NCBI GenBank assembly: GCA_003427395.1
Contig: BFEA01000016.1
Span: 614,867 to 678,866, forward strand
Direction of reading: 5' to 3'
DNA from: Chara braunii
Taxonomy: Eukaryota > Plantae > Charophyceae
Length of the DNA: 64,000 bases
Below, in pieces: positions 1 through 36,938 of this stretch; positions within the stretch are counted from its first letter, which is position 1, and each line of letters starts with the position of its first letter. Both the position numbers and the translations under genes were made by a program. Below the pieces are notes generated by a model. The model did no database searches, was not told the DNA's origin, and was given only the letters and a program-made list of their open reading frames with translations.

Positions 1-33
1 ACCCTTGAATGATGAATGACTCACACAACCAGT

Positions 34-419
34 CCTAGGGAAACCGACCTAGTGGAAAGATCGATAAACTTCCTTAAGCCACCAGTACCTACCGGTGTTC
101 AAGGCCCGTCCCCGCAACTACCGGTAGGCGTAGCCTGCGGCTACCACGCCGAGCCTGCGACTACCGGTAGATGAGTGACAAGGCCTTTTACAGTCTTTTT
201 ATTGGAATGAAATGAGAATAAATAATAAAAAAAAAAACAATGAAAACTTCATACATGAAAAGAAAAAAAACAACGGAAAAAGGAAGTCTGACACTGCATT
301 GTTCCCCGAGAGAGAGAGAGAGAGAGAGAGATGTGCAAATAGAGAATGCATCTTTCCTCCTTGTCGGGGAAGATTCGTTCTCAATTTCCACGTTTGTCCA
401 AGGGCCCGCGCCTTGGAAA

Positions 420-472
<53 letters not shown>

Positions 473-505
473 GCGCGTTCGACGCGGCCAGCCGTGCAAT
501 GCGCC

Positions 506-574
<69 letters not shown>

Positions 575-1244
575 CACAGCCGGGCAGTCCAAAGAAGAAA
601 ATAAAAACACGAATGAATCATGCCGCCTTGTGGCGAAAGATTCATTCCCATTCTTCACAGTGGTAACGCGATCGATGNNNNNNNNNNNNNNNNNNNNNNN
701 NNNNNNNNNNNNNNNNNNNNNNNNNNNNNNNNNNNNNNNNNNNNNNNNNNNNNNNNNNNNNNNNNNNNNNNNNNNNNNNNNNNNNNNNNNNNNNNNNNNN
801 NNNNNNNNNNNNNNNNNNNNNNNNNNNNNNNNNNNNNNNNNNNNNNNNNNNNNNNNNNNNNNNNNNNNNNNNNNNNNNNNNNNNNNNNNNNNNNNNNNNN
901 NNNNNNNNNNNNNNNNNNNNNNNNNNNNNNNNNNNNNNNNNNNNNNNNNNNNNNNNNNNNNNNNNNNNNNNNNNNNNNNNNNNNNNNNNNNNNNNNNNNN
1001 NNNNNNNNNNNNNNNNNNNNNNNNNNNNNNNNNNNNNNNNNNNNNNNNNNNNNNNNNNNNNNNNNNNNNNNNNNNNNNNNNNNNNNNNNNNNNNNNNNNN
1101 NNNNNNNNNNNNNNNNNNNNNNNNNNNNNNNNNNNNNNNNNNNNNNNNNNNNNNNNNNNNNNNNNNNNNNNNNNNNNNNNNNNNNNNNNNNNNNNNNNNN
1201 NNNNNNNNNNNNNNNNNNNNNNNNNNNNNNNNNNNNNNNNNNNN

Positions 1245-1297
<53 letters not shown>

Positions 1298-1523
1298 CCT
1301 CCCCACGCCCTTCAATTTTGTTGTTTCATTTTCTTTTTTCTTTTCTTGTTTTTTGAATTTTTTTTTTTTTTTTTTTTTGGGGGGGGGGGGTTAAGTTCTA
1401 AATAAAAAGAGCTCCTACCGGTCCTTCAACTCCCCGACCCCCGAAAGTCGCGGTGCGTTAACGGCCGCAACTTTTTTTTTTAGCTGGGCGAGGTACTGGT
1501 GGTTTAAAGGGTCGGTCCCTAGT
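34..1523. mobile_element. Possible non-autonomous DNA element with imperfect inverted ends, spanning an N-gap
   Basis: CCTTAAGCCACCAGTACCT (~72-90) is inverted relative to AGGTACTGGTGGTTTAAAGG (~1491-1510). A related end occurs at ~6265-6290. Confidence 0.4.
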
Positions 1524-1529
1524 AATCAA

Positions 1530-3340
1530 CAATGTAATATTGGCGGCCCTTTCGTATAAAACAGCAATCTGGGCTCTCGGTAAACCTGTAACAACTTCCC
1601 TCCAAAGACAGGGGGCAACTTTCTTATGGAGAGGGAATCACGAGTTTTCGATATCAATAAAGCTAGAGGGGGGCTAGGGATAATCGACCCGACTACTCAA
1701 GTGATGACCCTGGCCCTTCAATGGGTAAAAGGTCTTCTCTTTTCCACACAAGCGCCATGGCAACCTTTGGCCTTGCAGCAAATTGCTAGCTAGCACCACC
1801 GCCGGCGCCCACTTAGGTAGAACCGGAGACGTGGCTTGAGGACAGATACTGGACCATTCCGCAAAAATCAACCCGGACCAATGTGGTGGGAGGGTCAGAC
1901 AAACAGGCGCCCAGACAAGACTTAAAAAAAGACCCTCTTTGGGCCACGATACTTAAGAAATGACGTAAGCTGCACCTACCCGACAAAGTCCCTCCAATGC
2001 GATAAGAAGAAGTGGCCCGGCAACCACTGTTCCGAAATCAATGGGTAACAAAAAAAAAACACAGTAAGGTCTTCCATAGCAGTGAAAAGCCTTGGAAAGG
2101 TTGGGTTGAGAATGGTGTCCTTCGAGTCAAGGATATCTGGGACCAGGAAACCAAAAACTGGCTGTCAGAGACCAGACTAAGGAAGAAATTGAAACACTGC
2201 CATAAAGTGGCAAAAGCGTTGGAGACTATTATTTTTGCTGTCAATTGGATCCGGGATTTAAAGAAGAGCCGGCGGTGATAGAGGGAGATTGGGTGGGGTT
2301 CTGGGGTACCGAGGGGCTGGTCGGAAGTGTAGTATACACCCACCAGGCTGGCAGGGGGGGAGGAGCAGGAAGTGATCGCCAACCACTTCAAAATAAAAAC
2401 TGACAATACTCTAGAACAGGTACAGCCACAAGAGACAGCATGGTACCCGAGGTCAGGGATATACCGTATTCGTGCCCTCAAAAAAAAGGCCCAATGGCGA
2501 GCATACAAACCGAACAAACCAATTCAAGAGTTCCCGCTAGACCCCGATGAGTGGATGTGGACTCAACAATACAGGAGGGGGAGGTCCGGGGCGAGACGGC
2601 TATAGTGTCTCTCAGTCAAGGCAGCCTACCGAACGCTGCATCCAAGAGTAAACCTAAAAGACATGGTGGATGCACGGTGGATGAAACATCTAAATGTGGG
2701 GAGAGAGACACTACGACCGGTCAGATGGTTTAAGACGAGTAGGGCCATGCTGACGAAAGTAGCTTCACTCCAATGGCAGGTAGAACATAGGTCCTTGCCG
2801 ACCAACGACTGGCTGATAGACAGAATGATGCTAGAACAAGGGAATGGCACTCCCATGGTGCAAGATATGCACAACATCCTTCCCGGCTCGAAAATGGCCT
2901 GAGACCATAGAGCACATGTTTTTGCAGTGCCAGGCAGCAATATGGCTATGGAGGTGGTGGGAACGCATATGGAAAAAACTGGGCACCTCACAACCGTGGC
3001 CATGGGACTGGAGAGCACTCCTCTGTGAGGCATGGGCTCCAGAACAAGCTACCCCTTTCGAAGAAAACATGTTTAAAATAGGGTGAGGGTGATTATTCGG
3101 GCCATCTGGTGGAGACGATGCACGCTCGAAATGGAAGGAACACGCCGGGATGGAACAAAGTTCATCAATTCAATTGAAGAACAAATACAAAATGACATTT
3201 CCATTTGATAGGAAAGATTCAGAGAAAAGATCACATATCTACATTCTAAACAGGAAACTAGACAACACATAGAGAGGTTCTGCACAGACTGGCTGGGCGA
3301 GGGCTAAGGGGGTTGGATCGCCAAGGCAACATGGAAGGGT
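1530..3340 (+). mobile_element. Degenerate 3' part of an L1/Tx1-like LINE ORF2 (post-RT region and zf-RVT zinc knuckle)
   Basis: Frameshifted pieces QWQVEHRSLPTNDWL and WCKICTTSFPARKWPETIEHMFLQCQAAIWLW fit zf-RVT (W..H..LPT / CxxC..ETxxHxFxxC); GVLRVKDIW motif upstream. Confidence 0.8.
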
Positions 3341-3529
3341 GGTGAGAAGGAGGGGGAAGACGTAGAGGAGGGCGAAAGGGACTACCACCTATGCTTCCAG
3401 GATTGGACAAACATCGCCCCCTCCACCCCACTTCGGCCCCTCTCAGACTTTGCTGAAGTTTTCCCATCCCCTCCCTTAACTTTGGTTGAGATGGAATGGT
3501 ACCGGGGGTTGAGTGGCTAAAGTTTTGAA

Positions 3530-3930
3530 TGCAGAGCGAGTGACGAGTAGACTACTCCACTGGACACTATATAGGCCTGCTCAGTCAATCCCCTGCATTG
3601 CAGGGCAATCAATGCTGGCAGGCCCCATGGTCACTGTTCTCACCGTCCTCAGACATTCTCATTTTTGTATGTCGGCTGCTGGACCCGTTTTCCAGCAGGT
3701 GATGCTCCCCACCAATAGATGGAGCCTCTCCCCAGGTGCTAGTGGTGCCTGCTCTTATCAGCACCACTAACACTAGTGGGGCCCTGTTCAGATTCAAAAA
3801 AAAAAAAAAAAAAAAAAAAAGTCTGCTAAAGGGAGTTGATACGAGCATCACCTTCTAGCAGGCCCGCGGCTGGCTGCTCCATTCCATTGGTGGGGAGCCA
3901 CACCTGCTGGAAACTGGGCCCAGCGTCCCT
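3530..3930. repeat. Dispersed SINE-like repeat: a plus copy ending in poly(A) at 3796-3820 and an inverted copy at ~3830-3928; other copies at ~31525-31580 and ~7189-7212
   Basis: Shared GCTGGACCCGTTTTCC.GCA.GTGAT.CTCCCCACCAATAGATGGAGC. Confidence 0.6.
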
Positions 3931-4129
3931 TACATGCCTCAATACAGCACGGCCATTGCCCAGTTTCGGCTTAGACCAAAACGGCCTTTCCCCAGCCTCT
4001 TCAGCATAGCCGCTGTGTGCCTGATTTCCGAACCAATCCAGCAGGAAACTTTGGGGTTTAAGAGGGCTTACTCTAACATATGAAAGCAGTTCTGTGGATG
4101 TGGATGGGCCTGCGCTGACTGCAACTGCT

Positions 4130-4370
4130 GGAACTGAGGTAGTAATAACTGGTGGAACTGAGTTAGTGACAACTGATCTTGCTAACATAGGCTATCACTA
4201 ACTCGGTTCCAGCAGTTATCACTAACTGATCTTGCTAACATAGGTTATAACTAACTCAGTTCCAGCCTGCAGTTATCACTAACTGATCTTGCTAACTGAA
4301 CTTGCTAACGTAGGTTATCACTAACTCGGTTCCGGCAGTTATCACTAACTCAACTTGCTAACTGATCATA
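4130..4370. repeat. Minisatellite of AGTTATCACTAACT / GATCTTGCTAAC / CGGTTCCAGC modules
   Basis: Directly visible tandem modules. Confidence 0.8.
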
Positions 4371-4559
4371 CGGATAAGAGTCTGTGGGTTACCAATAACA
4401 CTGTAAGCTAGCTACTGCTGCAGAGATCGGTTCAGAAGTCGAATGACTTCAAGGAAGTACCTGGAATCTAACAGACGGCTGAGAAAAGTAATAACTTAGG
4501 AGCAGTTTCTGCAGCACCACATTTCTCATGATCGATTTGATGCGGATGTCAGACTGCCA

Positions 4560-4666
4560 TCCTTCGGGACATCCGTTAAAATCGGAACGATACAGAGAAG
4601 GGGAAGATTAGCATGGCCCCTGAACAAGGATGACACGCATCCATCGAGAAATGGTCCAATTTTTTT
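4560..4666 (+). pseudogene. U6: Near full-length U6 snRNA retrocopy with A-rich tail and 16-bp TSD
   Basis: TCCTTCGGGACATCCGTTAAAATCGGAACGATACAGAGAAG[GGGAAG]ATTAGCATGGCCCCTGAACAAGGATGACACGCAT..ATCGAGAAATGGTCCAATTTTTTT; TSD GGATGTCAGACTGCCA at 4544-4559 and 4690-4705. Confidence 0.92.
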
Positions 4667-7539
4667 GAAGAACAATAGAAGAAAAAAAGGGATGTCAGAC
4701 TGCCACAGATAGCTGGGTTTTGTACTACTTCTATACACTCGGCCACCAGGCGAGCACCTAACAGATGGCAATTGAACTGGTAAACACACAAGTTGAGTAC
4801 CAGTTAGTCCCTGGAGTCGTAGAAAACTACCTGTTACTGAAAGTGCCGAGAGCAAAACTTTCCCCCCCCTGGGGTTGGGTAGGGGTCAACTAGGTTGGTA
4901 ACTGGGTACGGACAAGGGGGGGGGCTGGGAGAAACGATAGAGAGGGGGTGGGGATGCAGCGGTGAGCGGATAATGTAGCTAAGGCGGGCCGTCAGGTCTA
5001 GGAGTTAGCAGTGGCTAACAGAACGATTTGTGAAATAATCTCTGTTGAATAATGGGTACCGAGATAATACAAGGAGGGGTCGTCGTACTTTAGAAGTACG
5101 CCGCTGTAATGGGGTGGGCATTGAGGGCCAGGGAACATATATAAGGACTACAGTGTGACCAGGTGACTGAGTGGGCACACTGGGTGGTGGCCCCCCCCTC
5201 GTGGGCACAGATAATGAGCGACCGGGTACAGCAATATGCTTCCCGGCCATTATGAGTGCCCTGGGGCAGGGATAGTGAAGAGCCCCCAGGTTGAGGTCCC
5301 CCCAGCCCCTCCTGCGGCGGCGGTTCGGGCTGTCGGTGTACCTGATTCCTTTTCTGTGCTTCTTCATTTGTACTTGAACTTGCTGTCTGCTTGCCATTAA
5401 AAAGTAACCCGACGGCTGCCCCCCAAAATAGAAAGGGCGTATCAATCAGAAAAAAAAAAGAAAGAAAGGGCAGAGAGCAATGACTAAATAAAAAAATAAG
5501 CACAGATAGGTTTTCACTTTCCACGTAAATGATATGCCTTGATTTTGTCCGTCAAAGTTCATGCCTGAGTGGGACATATCACAAAAAGTTAACACTGCGG
5601 TATTCCGGTTCCCGGACTATCTTAGCCATTTCAGGGAAAAGCTATCAGTTTTCTCCCTGCAGATCGGTGCTGCCCCCAGCCATGAGCGAAGGTTACGGCG
5701 ACATTGATCGAGCCGTGGGGCACAGACAGACTGCTAAGCAGAAGCCGAGGGGCAGAGACAGACCACTAAAGCCACAGATGCAGCTCAGTGCGGCTACAAA
5801 GACTGCCGTGCAAACCGCAGGGCAGTGACAGCCCACTAAAGGCACAGGTGCAGCTCAGTGCGGCTACAAAGGGTCATCTGACGCATCTGGACCCAAGGGA
5901 AGACAGGCGGTACAGCAGGGAAGAACTTATCAAGTGTGCACCTCAAGTGCTTCTACACTACAAGAGAGCTTTTGGAGAGAAGGAACAACATAAACACTGT
6001 GGGTTCTGCAGAAGGCTGCTAAGGGGGTGGGACTGCAAGGCCCCTTGGCCTTGGCAGCGCGCAGCAGCGGTCCCACGCATGGAATTGACCTGGCCCTAAG
6101 TAACAGTCGGTCATAGTATAATAAAGCCCGGCCCTAAGTCTAGCCCCCTAAAGTCGTGCCCGTTAACAAGCCACAATTTTAGGAAACGTACGGGTCACTA
6201 CAGGAGCGCCCAAATTCATCCGACTAGAAACGTTTCTGCTGTATTTTTCTCCACAGCCGATAGCCGGGCCAGGTACTGGTGGTTTGAAAGTGACTGCCGC
6301 GGCAATAAAGTAACGGCTGGCCCAAGTATTCAGAAGGCGATGGGAGCTGTTCCGAAGATTCCAGTACTGGAAACACACAGTCCTCGATGACGCAACCGCA
6401 ACCTCCTCGATTGACAAAAGCATTGGAGGTGACTGCTGAGGGACACTTCTGTACTTTGGAGGATTGCTGGCTATGTGCGCTAAGATGAGCGCAACAGAAG
6501 CTGGCTGGCCTTGACGACAGAAGGCGAGAGCTGCCATGGTATAGCATCTCTACCAGCGGCAGCCATAACTGCGCTGGATGTGAGAGGAGCGTGCAGGTAA
6601 TGGGAGGACGATGAAGAAACGACAGCTATGAGAAGCGGGACTCACCTGGCGGTGGCGAAAGAGCACACATACGGTAGTCGGACTCTGCAACATTGCTGGG
6701 CGAGAAGAAAAGAGGACTCAGAGCAGACGGATGAGAGTGAGAGATAGAGAGGAAGTAGGACAGCATGTAGAGTAAGTAGGGAATTAGTAGAAGCAGTCAC
6801 AAAATAGAGGAGCTTCAAACTGTTGTTCTATTGATAACTGAAGGCGTCAAGTTGGGTTTTCTATATCACGCAACTTCAGTGCATGTGTGTTCTCAACTGG
6901 TGTGATTTCGGGTTTATAAATCTGCTTCCGACGTTTGCTCTTGTATGCTTGTTCTGCTTTTGTGTCTCTTGCTGCTGGAAAAACTGTCTCCTCATTACGT
7001 TCCTTGCAAAGCAGACAGAAAGGGACAAAACCTTACTACGTCGAACAAAGAGGGCATGTTTCTAATACAAACAGCGGCAGAGAGGGGGGTGCATCCAACC
7101 GCGATGGAAGCAATCAATAGCACCTTCTCAGGTTCTCTCAGCCATAATGGAGGGAACCATCCATCTAAGTAGAGGTTCTCTTTGCGTGGGACGCTGGACC
7201 CCGGTTTCAAGCAATATAATATAAATTCCAATTTAAGGCAGGGAGAAGGAGGGAAAGGGGGGAGGGGGGGGGGGGGGTAGGAGGGGCAATTAAAATTATC
7301 TGATTATGAACTTGACAAAATTTGAAGTAGACGAACATGGACCACACAAAGGAATCAGCTCATCCGACGTTCTTAACCCTAAAGCATCCAGCCAACAGCC
7401 TTGATGGCCATTGTTTTCCAGAAAAACACAAGGGTCAAAAGTTCTCAAAACCACCTAAGAAAAGAGAGGAGGGGGGAGGAGAGGGTCATCCTATTCTTCT
7501 CGTTGCAGTAGTCACTGGCCTCCTAAACCTCACAGCCAG

Positions 7540-7765
7540 ATCAGAACACTTGCACATCTGCAAAGAAGTGTACAACACAGGCTGAAAACTGAGCTTATCA
7601 GGAAGGCTCATCAAGTAGAAGGGATCAGGAAAGACAACCAGAAAAAGATAAGAACACTTGCAAATCTGCAAAGAAGTCCAACACAGGCTGAAATCTGAGC
7701 TTATCGGGAGGGCCTATCAGGCGGGCTCATCAAGTAGAAGAGATCAGGAAAGATGACCAGAAGCA
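7540..7765. repeat. ~110-bp diverged tandem duplication
   Basis: AGAACACTTGCA.ATCTGCAAAGAAGT..AACACAGGCTGAAA.CTGAGCTTATC..GGCTCATCAAGTAGAAG.GATCAGGAAAGA occurs twice. Confidence 0.8.
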
Positions 7766-8100
7766 ATTAAGGAGGAGGCACAAATAGAAGAAGTCAGGAG
7801 AGACGATGGTCGGACATTGTTGATGTTGAAATGACAATCTCAGAAAGATAGCCACCGAAATAAAGAACAACAACAACCACCCAAGGGGCCTAAAGAGTAT
7901 GAACATAATCGTAGTGCTTCATTTCTACGGTACTGTGCGAAATTTATGACTGCCAAAAAAAAAAACAGCACTACTGCTCTGCACAGACAGTACTCCTTTC
8001 TAATGGCCTACAGTGCCAAGCATTTGCTGTCCAGGTACGAATATACAGACCGCATGACGAGGTCAGTCTGACAGCACTCTGCTCTCTCTGCTCTCTCTCT

Positions 8101-8148
<48 letters not shown>

Positions 8149-8519
8149 GCTGATGTGCACGCACTCTCACTGTGTGTTTGTTGTCATGTTGGCTATAAAC
8201 AACTCCGCAGAACAAGCATGAGCATGCATGCACATGCATAGAGAGCGCAGGCCAAAGGCCAGCAATCTTGCCACATCACTCAATTATTCCAAACAAATGC
8301 AGGAATACACCGGACATCACGGAAAGCAAACAGGGCACTATTCCCATCATTTCATTCAAATTCATTGATATCATTCACTTTGACACTTTCTGCTTTCCAG
8401 ATCTCTCCTCACCTTTGTTTCTCCGCACCTACCTACCTTTGCTATGTTCCAACGATGATCTTACGACGCCACACTTTTCTCCACATCTTTCTACCCTGGT
8501 GTACCCTCCACATCTTTCC

Positions 8520-9210
8520 ACCCAGTCGTCCATATTTCCGCGCTATGTATGTCCTACACATATTTCCACTCTGTGTTCTGTGTTGAAAAAAATACGGCTG
8601 ACCGTAGCAAATGCACAGGGGCACCGTCCCTGCAGTGTTGCTGAGTGAAGGATGTATGTACACATTCATTCATACAGCCTATGCCACAGGGCCAAGATCT
8701 GGACCCTAATCACATTGACACTATTTTCAGTGTGAATGCAAGCGTGTGTTCAATACATCCAGGATAATACTCACAGTAGGACTACTTCAAAAGGAATGCA
8801 ACCATTAAGGCTGTCAAATATAGCTTTCTCTGAGGTCATGCCCATTGTAGTGCTATCTGAAAACCTTCATGGTTGAAAAGACCTCAGAGAAATAGGGCAC
8901 ATCAGGAACAGGAAGCAGTCGAAAGCTTAAAACACCCTTGCCTCCGCATCTTCCCACTATGCCCTACACATGTTTCCACTCCGTGCTCGTGTGACAGAAG
9001 ACCATAACAAATGCACCAGGGGCACCATTCCCACAAACCTCCTGATTGAAAGACGTACACCGTCATATGGCCTATTCCGCAGGCCCAAGATATTGATCCT
9101 ACTGAGATCAAGATTATTACCACTGCACGCAAGTGTGAGTGCGTTCACATACGACCTGCGGGTACGTCGGGACTGGTTTGAAAGGAATGCAACCATGAAG
9201 GTGGTGAGAT
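8520..9210. repeat. Diverged ~270-300-bp direct repeat (8520-8815 vs 8945-9205)
   Basis: Shared CCTACACAT.TTTCCACTC.GTG, CAAATGCAC.AGGGGCACC and AAAGGAATGCAACCAT.AAGG blocks. Confidence 0.7.
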
Positions 9211-9517
9211 AGATATATATTACTTCAACCTCACACTACCATGGGCATGTACTCAGAGCACATCAGAAACATGAACAGCGAAAAGCTTAAAAACCCTGTA
9301 CGGGAACGCTCATCATGGTACTTGCAAAATAGTACAGCAAATCTGCGGGTGCTACTTACTCTGCTACTCTTCAAACAGAGTAATGAACGTGTGCACTGAT
9401 GACAAACTGAAGCCTGCACAGGGAAAACTTCAGGGCATCTACTGCCCATTGCTTCAAACTTGCCCAGTGAGTCCTGATTTACCCTCATCCCATTGTACCA
9501 CAAGCCAACAACAACAG

Positions 9518-32833
<23,316 letters not shown>

Positions 32834-33081
32834 TTTGGACGACAGCGGGGGTCCCTATCCCTATATCCCAGCTCCGCTGCCGATGCAGATGTGCGACTGC
32901 GATTCCGATGTCTAAGACGTCTCGTCAACACATCCTTCTCCTTCACCCCCCTCCCAACTCCTCCGCCCTCCCAAAAACCCACCCACCCCCTAACCCCTCA
33001 CCAAGAACCCTAACAATCTTTCTAGCACGTCAGCGCACCCACGTGTTCCCTGGTGCCTTCTCTGCACGGTCTTTCAACCGA

Positions 33082-33142
<61 letters not shown>

Positions 33143-33186
33143 ATCTATCTATCTCTATCTATCTATCTATCTATATCTATCTCTAT

Positions 33187-33217
<31 letters not shown>

Positions 33218-33759
33218 GCTGATCTCCTGGATCCTTCCTACTATGGTCGTCCTCTCGCTCCCAACCCCAGCTGTCGCAGAAAGCTACATAACCCCCGGAC
33301 AAGACTGGAAATCTCAATGGGATGAGAAAGAGACCGGCTACGTAGCGATTGGGATTGTCGACGGGATCGGACAATCGTACAAGCCGGAGAGTCGGATCAA
33401 ACGGACGAATCGAAGTCCGGCTTGCATACTTGCGAGGTGGGTGCAGTTGGTTCTTTCATTCCTCTCTCCTCTCAGGCTTTCATTCCTCTCTCCTCTCAGG
33501 CTTCTCACCCTACACTTGCAGTACCTGTGGTAAGATCCAGACAACACCAGCAACCTGCCTAGGTGAGGAGCTGGTTGTACGGCATAGTACACCAGCCGCC
33601 CGGGCGAGACGAGCGATGAACAACAGAGGAGAGCGCCAGACGACACCGCCGCGGTCACATCCGTGTGGACACGGGTTTCCAGGTTTTCGGACTCGATCTC
33701 AATTCCCATGTCGGCGCTCAGAACCAGCCGCGGTACTGGTTTGGTGTTGGCTTTTTCTT

Positions 33760-34590
33760 GAGGAAATTGACGAAATACCCCTCAAAGTTTTGGGTATTTC
33801 GTTCGATTCCCCTAAACACAGGGGTACGCTGATATGCCTCAAACTTCTGCATCTGGCCCTGTCCCGTTCACTGGCAACTTAGCCATATGCCCTGGCCCTG
33901 GGCTGCAGGGGCCCGTGCATTTCTGTTGCCATCTGCAGGGTCCAACGGCCAGAAATACTGGGGCATGTAGCCCTGGGCTGCAGGAAATGAGAATGTCGTC
34001 AACCCAAATGTGGCTGATATCACTCCCAGACAGTCCCCCACAACGTCCCTGTCCAATGTCGAGTCCGAATCCCAATGTCGCCAATCCCCCCCCCCCCCCC
34101 NNNNNNNNNNNNNNNNNNNNNNNNNNNNNNNNNNNNNNNNNNNNNNNNNNNNNNNNNNNNNNNNNNNNNNNNNNNNNNNNNNNNNNNNNNNNNNNNNNNN
34201 NNNNNNNNNNNNNNNNNNNNNNNNNNNNNNNNNNNNNNNNNNNNNNNNNNNNNNNNNNNNNNNNNNNNNNNNNNNNNNNNNNNNNNNNNNNNNNNNNNNN
34301 NNNNNNNNNNNNNNNNNNNNNNNNNNNNNNNNNNNNNNNNNNNNNNNNNNNNNNNNNNNNNNNNNNNNNNNNNNNNNNNNNNNNNNNNNNNNNNNNNNNN
34401 NNNNNNNNNNNNNNNNNNNNNNNNNNNNNNNNNNNNNNNNNNNNNNNNNNNNNNNNNNNNNNNNNNNNNNNNNNNNNNNNNNNNNNNNNNNNNNNNNNNN
34501 NNNNNNNNNNNNNNNNNNNNNNNNNNNNNNNNNNNNNNNNNNNNNNNNNNNNNNNNNNNNNNNNNNNNNNNNNNNNNNNNNNNNNNNNNN

Positions 34591-34677
<87 letters not shown>

Positions 34678-34975
34678 CAAGTACTGACCTGCGAAAGGTG
34701 GTGCCTTGATGGAGGTACGTGCTGAAGACGAAGCTAGAGCTATGACTCTTTTGCCATCTGCAGGGTCCAATGGCCCCAGAAATATTGGGGCATGTAGACA
34801 AGCAACCCAGGGCCCCGTAGGGGTATATGCAAAAGATGACCAGTCCCATTGGCGAGTGGGGTATTTTGCAAAGTTTCAGTACTGTCGTAGGGGCATTTTG
34901 CCATACCCATGCCTTTTCGGGGTATTGACAAAACACCCCAACTTTCAGGGGCATTTAAAAAACCATATATTTCTT
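33760..34975. mobile_element. Putative Mutator-like non-autonomous element with long imperfect TIRs
   Basis: AAATACCCCTCAAAGTTTTGGGTATTTCG..TTCCCCTAAA vs the reverse complement of 34915-34960, AAATGCCCCTGAAAGTTGGGGTGTTTTGTCAATACCCCGAAA; internal duplicated CCATCTGCAGGGTCCAA block. Confidence 0.5.
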
Positions 34976-35611
34976 TAGGGGTCGCCACGACCTTAGTGTC
35001 CGATGCTTGGGGCTTCCCTATCATGATAAGGTCATACCTCATAGCTTTTTTTTTCCTCGGATGTAGATTCCTCGAATCGAATCCTTGATATGAATGCATT
35101 GGTACTGCGCTTGAATCTTTTCTCTTTCCCTTTTAATTTTTCCCTCCTCTTCCTATCTATAATTCACCGAAAAGTAAGACGATATTGTTATCCTACCATT
35201 GGCCCATTGGACCCATGTCTGCTAAGTTCTTCTCGATGGCATCTATTATCTCCTTGCAATTCCTTTTGATGCGGTATTTCATCCCATAATCAGCATGTTT
35301 AGTCCTTAAATATGTGCCACTTTACATAGTCTTTCTCTGCTTATAAGTTTATTTTTTTTCCTAGGCGGTGGGGATCAATGTCTAGATTGGTAATCTATAG
35401 TCTTTTTCGAATGACAATAACCTTCAATGTGGGTTGGTCCACCCCTTGACGTTCAAATTTGTCCACTACGAGTTTTCTCAATAATCAAAAATTTATCTCT
35501 ATACTTTTTGGTTTTTTCTTTGTCAGCGTCCATAATCTTTATTTTTACCTCATCACCTTGGAGGTGGTGGCACAAGGTATCCCTCTCACAAGACCTCCTT
35601 CGACCATCACT

Positions 35612-36378
35612 TTGTTGAGTTCATCGATCCCGCAAGGGGATCCTCCAGTCCGTGCCATGCAGAATTTTACATAATTTTTTTTTCGCAAGGTAGCTGTCAC
35701 CGCTTCGGCCAAGTGCGTCAGCCATACCTCTCGCAAACCCCTACGACAGGATAAAGGTCATGCGAGGAACAACTTACCTCTTCCCAAGTGACTGTCACCA
35801 CCCTTGGACAAGTATATCCCTGTCGAGCTATTGAACCATGTGCGAAAGTTGCTCGAGCGCAATCGCAAAAGTAGCCTAGCCGAGGGGGTTTCTCGTTCGT
35901 CGTAGCATAAGGGGTATACACGGTCGAACACCTTAATCAAACTTGCACGAGAGCCGACGTTCCAAGGGTTGATCTCTCGAGAGAAGCTCTGCGCCGGTTG
36001 AGTAGAATGACCAATCTAACCACACAATACACTTCGCAAAAATAAACCAAGCTTCATATGACCTAGTCCCTTATTCACTTTTGCCCCATAACCTTTTGAC
36101 AACGGAAATAAGCGAGACTTTAAATAAATGTCTCAGCGACGTAGGTTTCATCATATCGACTAATCATAAACAAGGATGCAAACGGTCACACGGATGACGT
36201 ACTATGTGGTCCTCATAATCATATGGTCTTCAATGATTTTGGGAGAGAAGTTTAACGGAGACCATAGTTTTCATATCACTTGCCATGCTATTTATAAAAA
36301 CACAAAAGAGTCGTTTTAATCAAACTTGTCATCAATTCATAGACTGGATACCATACTAACTAACTGAAAGAAAGAAAG

Positions 36379-36412
<34 letters not shown>

Positions 36413-36938
36413 NNNNNNNNNNNNNNNNNNNNNNNNNNNNNNNNNNNNNNNNNNNNNNNNNNNNNNNNNNNNNNNNNNNNNNNNNNNNNNNNNNNNNNNN
36501 NNNNNNNNNNNNNNNNNNNNNNNNNNNNNNNNNNNNNNNNNNNNNNNNNNNNNNNNNNNNNNAAAAAAAAAAAAAAAAAACCATATAAAACATCAAGGCA
36601 AAAATACATTTTCATAAAATCTCGCCAGCATTCAATTTCGTAAATCTTGAAAATTTTTAGAAATCTTAACAGAGGAAATTTCAGTGCTCCAAATAACACA
36701 AAATTTGGCACACAACAACCTTGAACGAAAACAAAAACAAACAAAAAACAACAACAACAACATATAATTTGACTTCCGAACCCATATTCCAGTTTTAAAT
36801 CCGTTATCTAGGGCCTGAAAGTGGGGGCCCTTGTTAACCACTTGTGGATTTGGGGGGTCGTTTTCGACACTCAAGTATCGGTTGATACGCGTTTTTAGAG
36901 GTTGATCTCTTTACGTTAGACAATCGTGAATGTGATTG
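35612..36938. mobile_element. LTR-like repeat family A, copy 1, interrupted by a ~600-bp insertion at ~36245-36845
   Basis: Colinear with 45004-45733; the insertion is flanked by GATTTTGGG / GATTTGGG. Confidence 0.65.

Noticed and set aside
188-1405. Long ORFs such as RERERE, SLSLSL or poly-X here and throughout the window
   Set aside because: Artefacts of (AG)n microsatellites and N-gaps
35774-35790. U1 snRNA 5' end (ACTTACCT)
   Set aside because: No U1 stem-loops or Sm site follow; better read as a minus-strand splice donor
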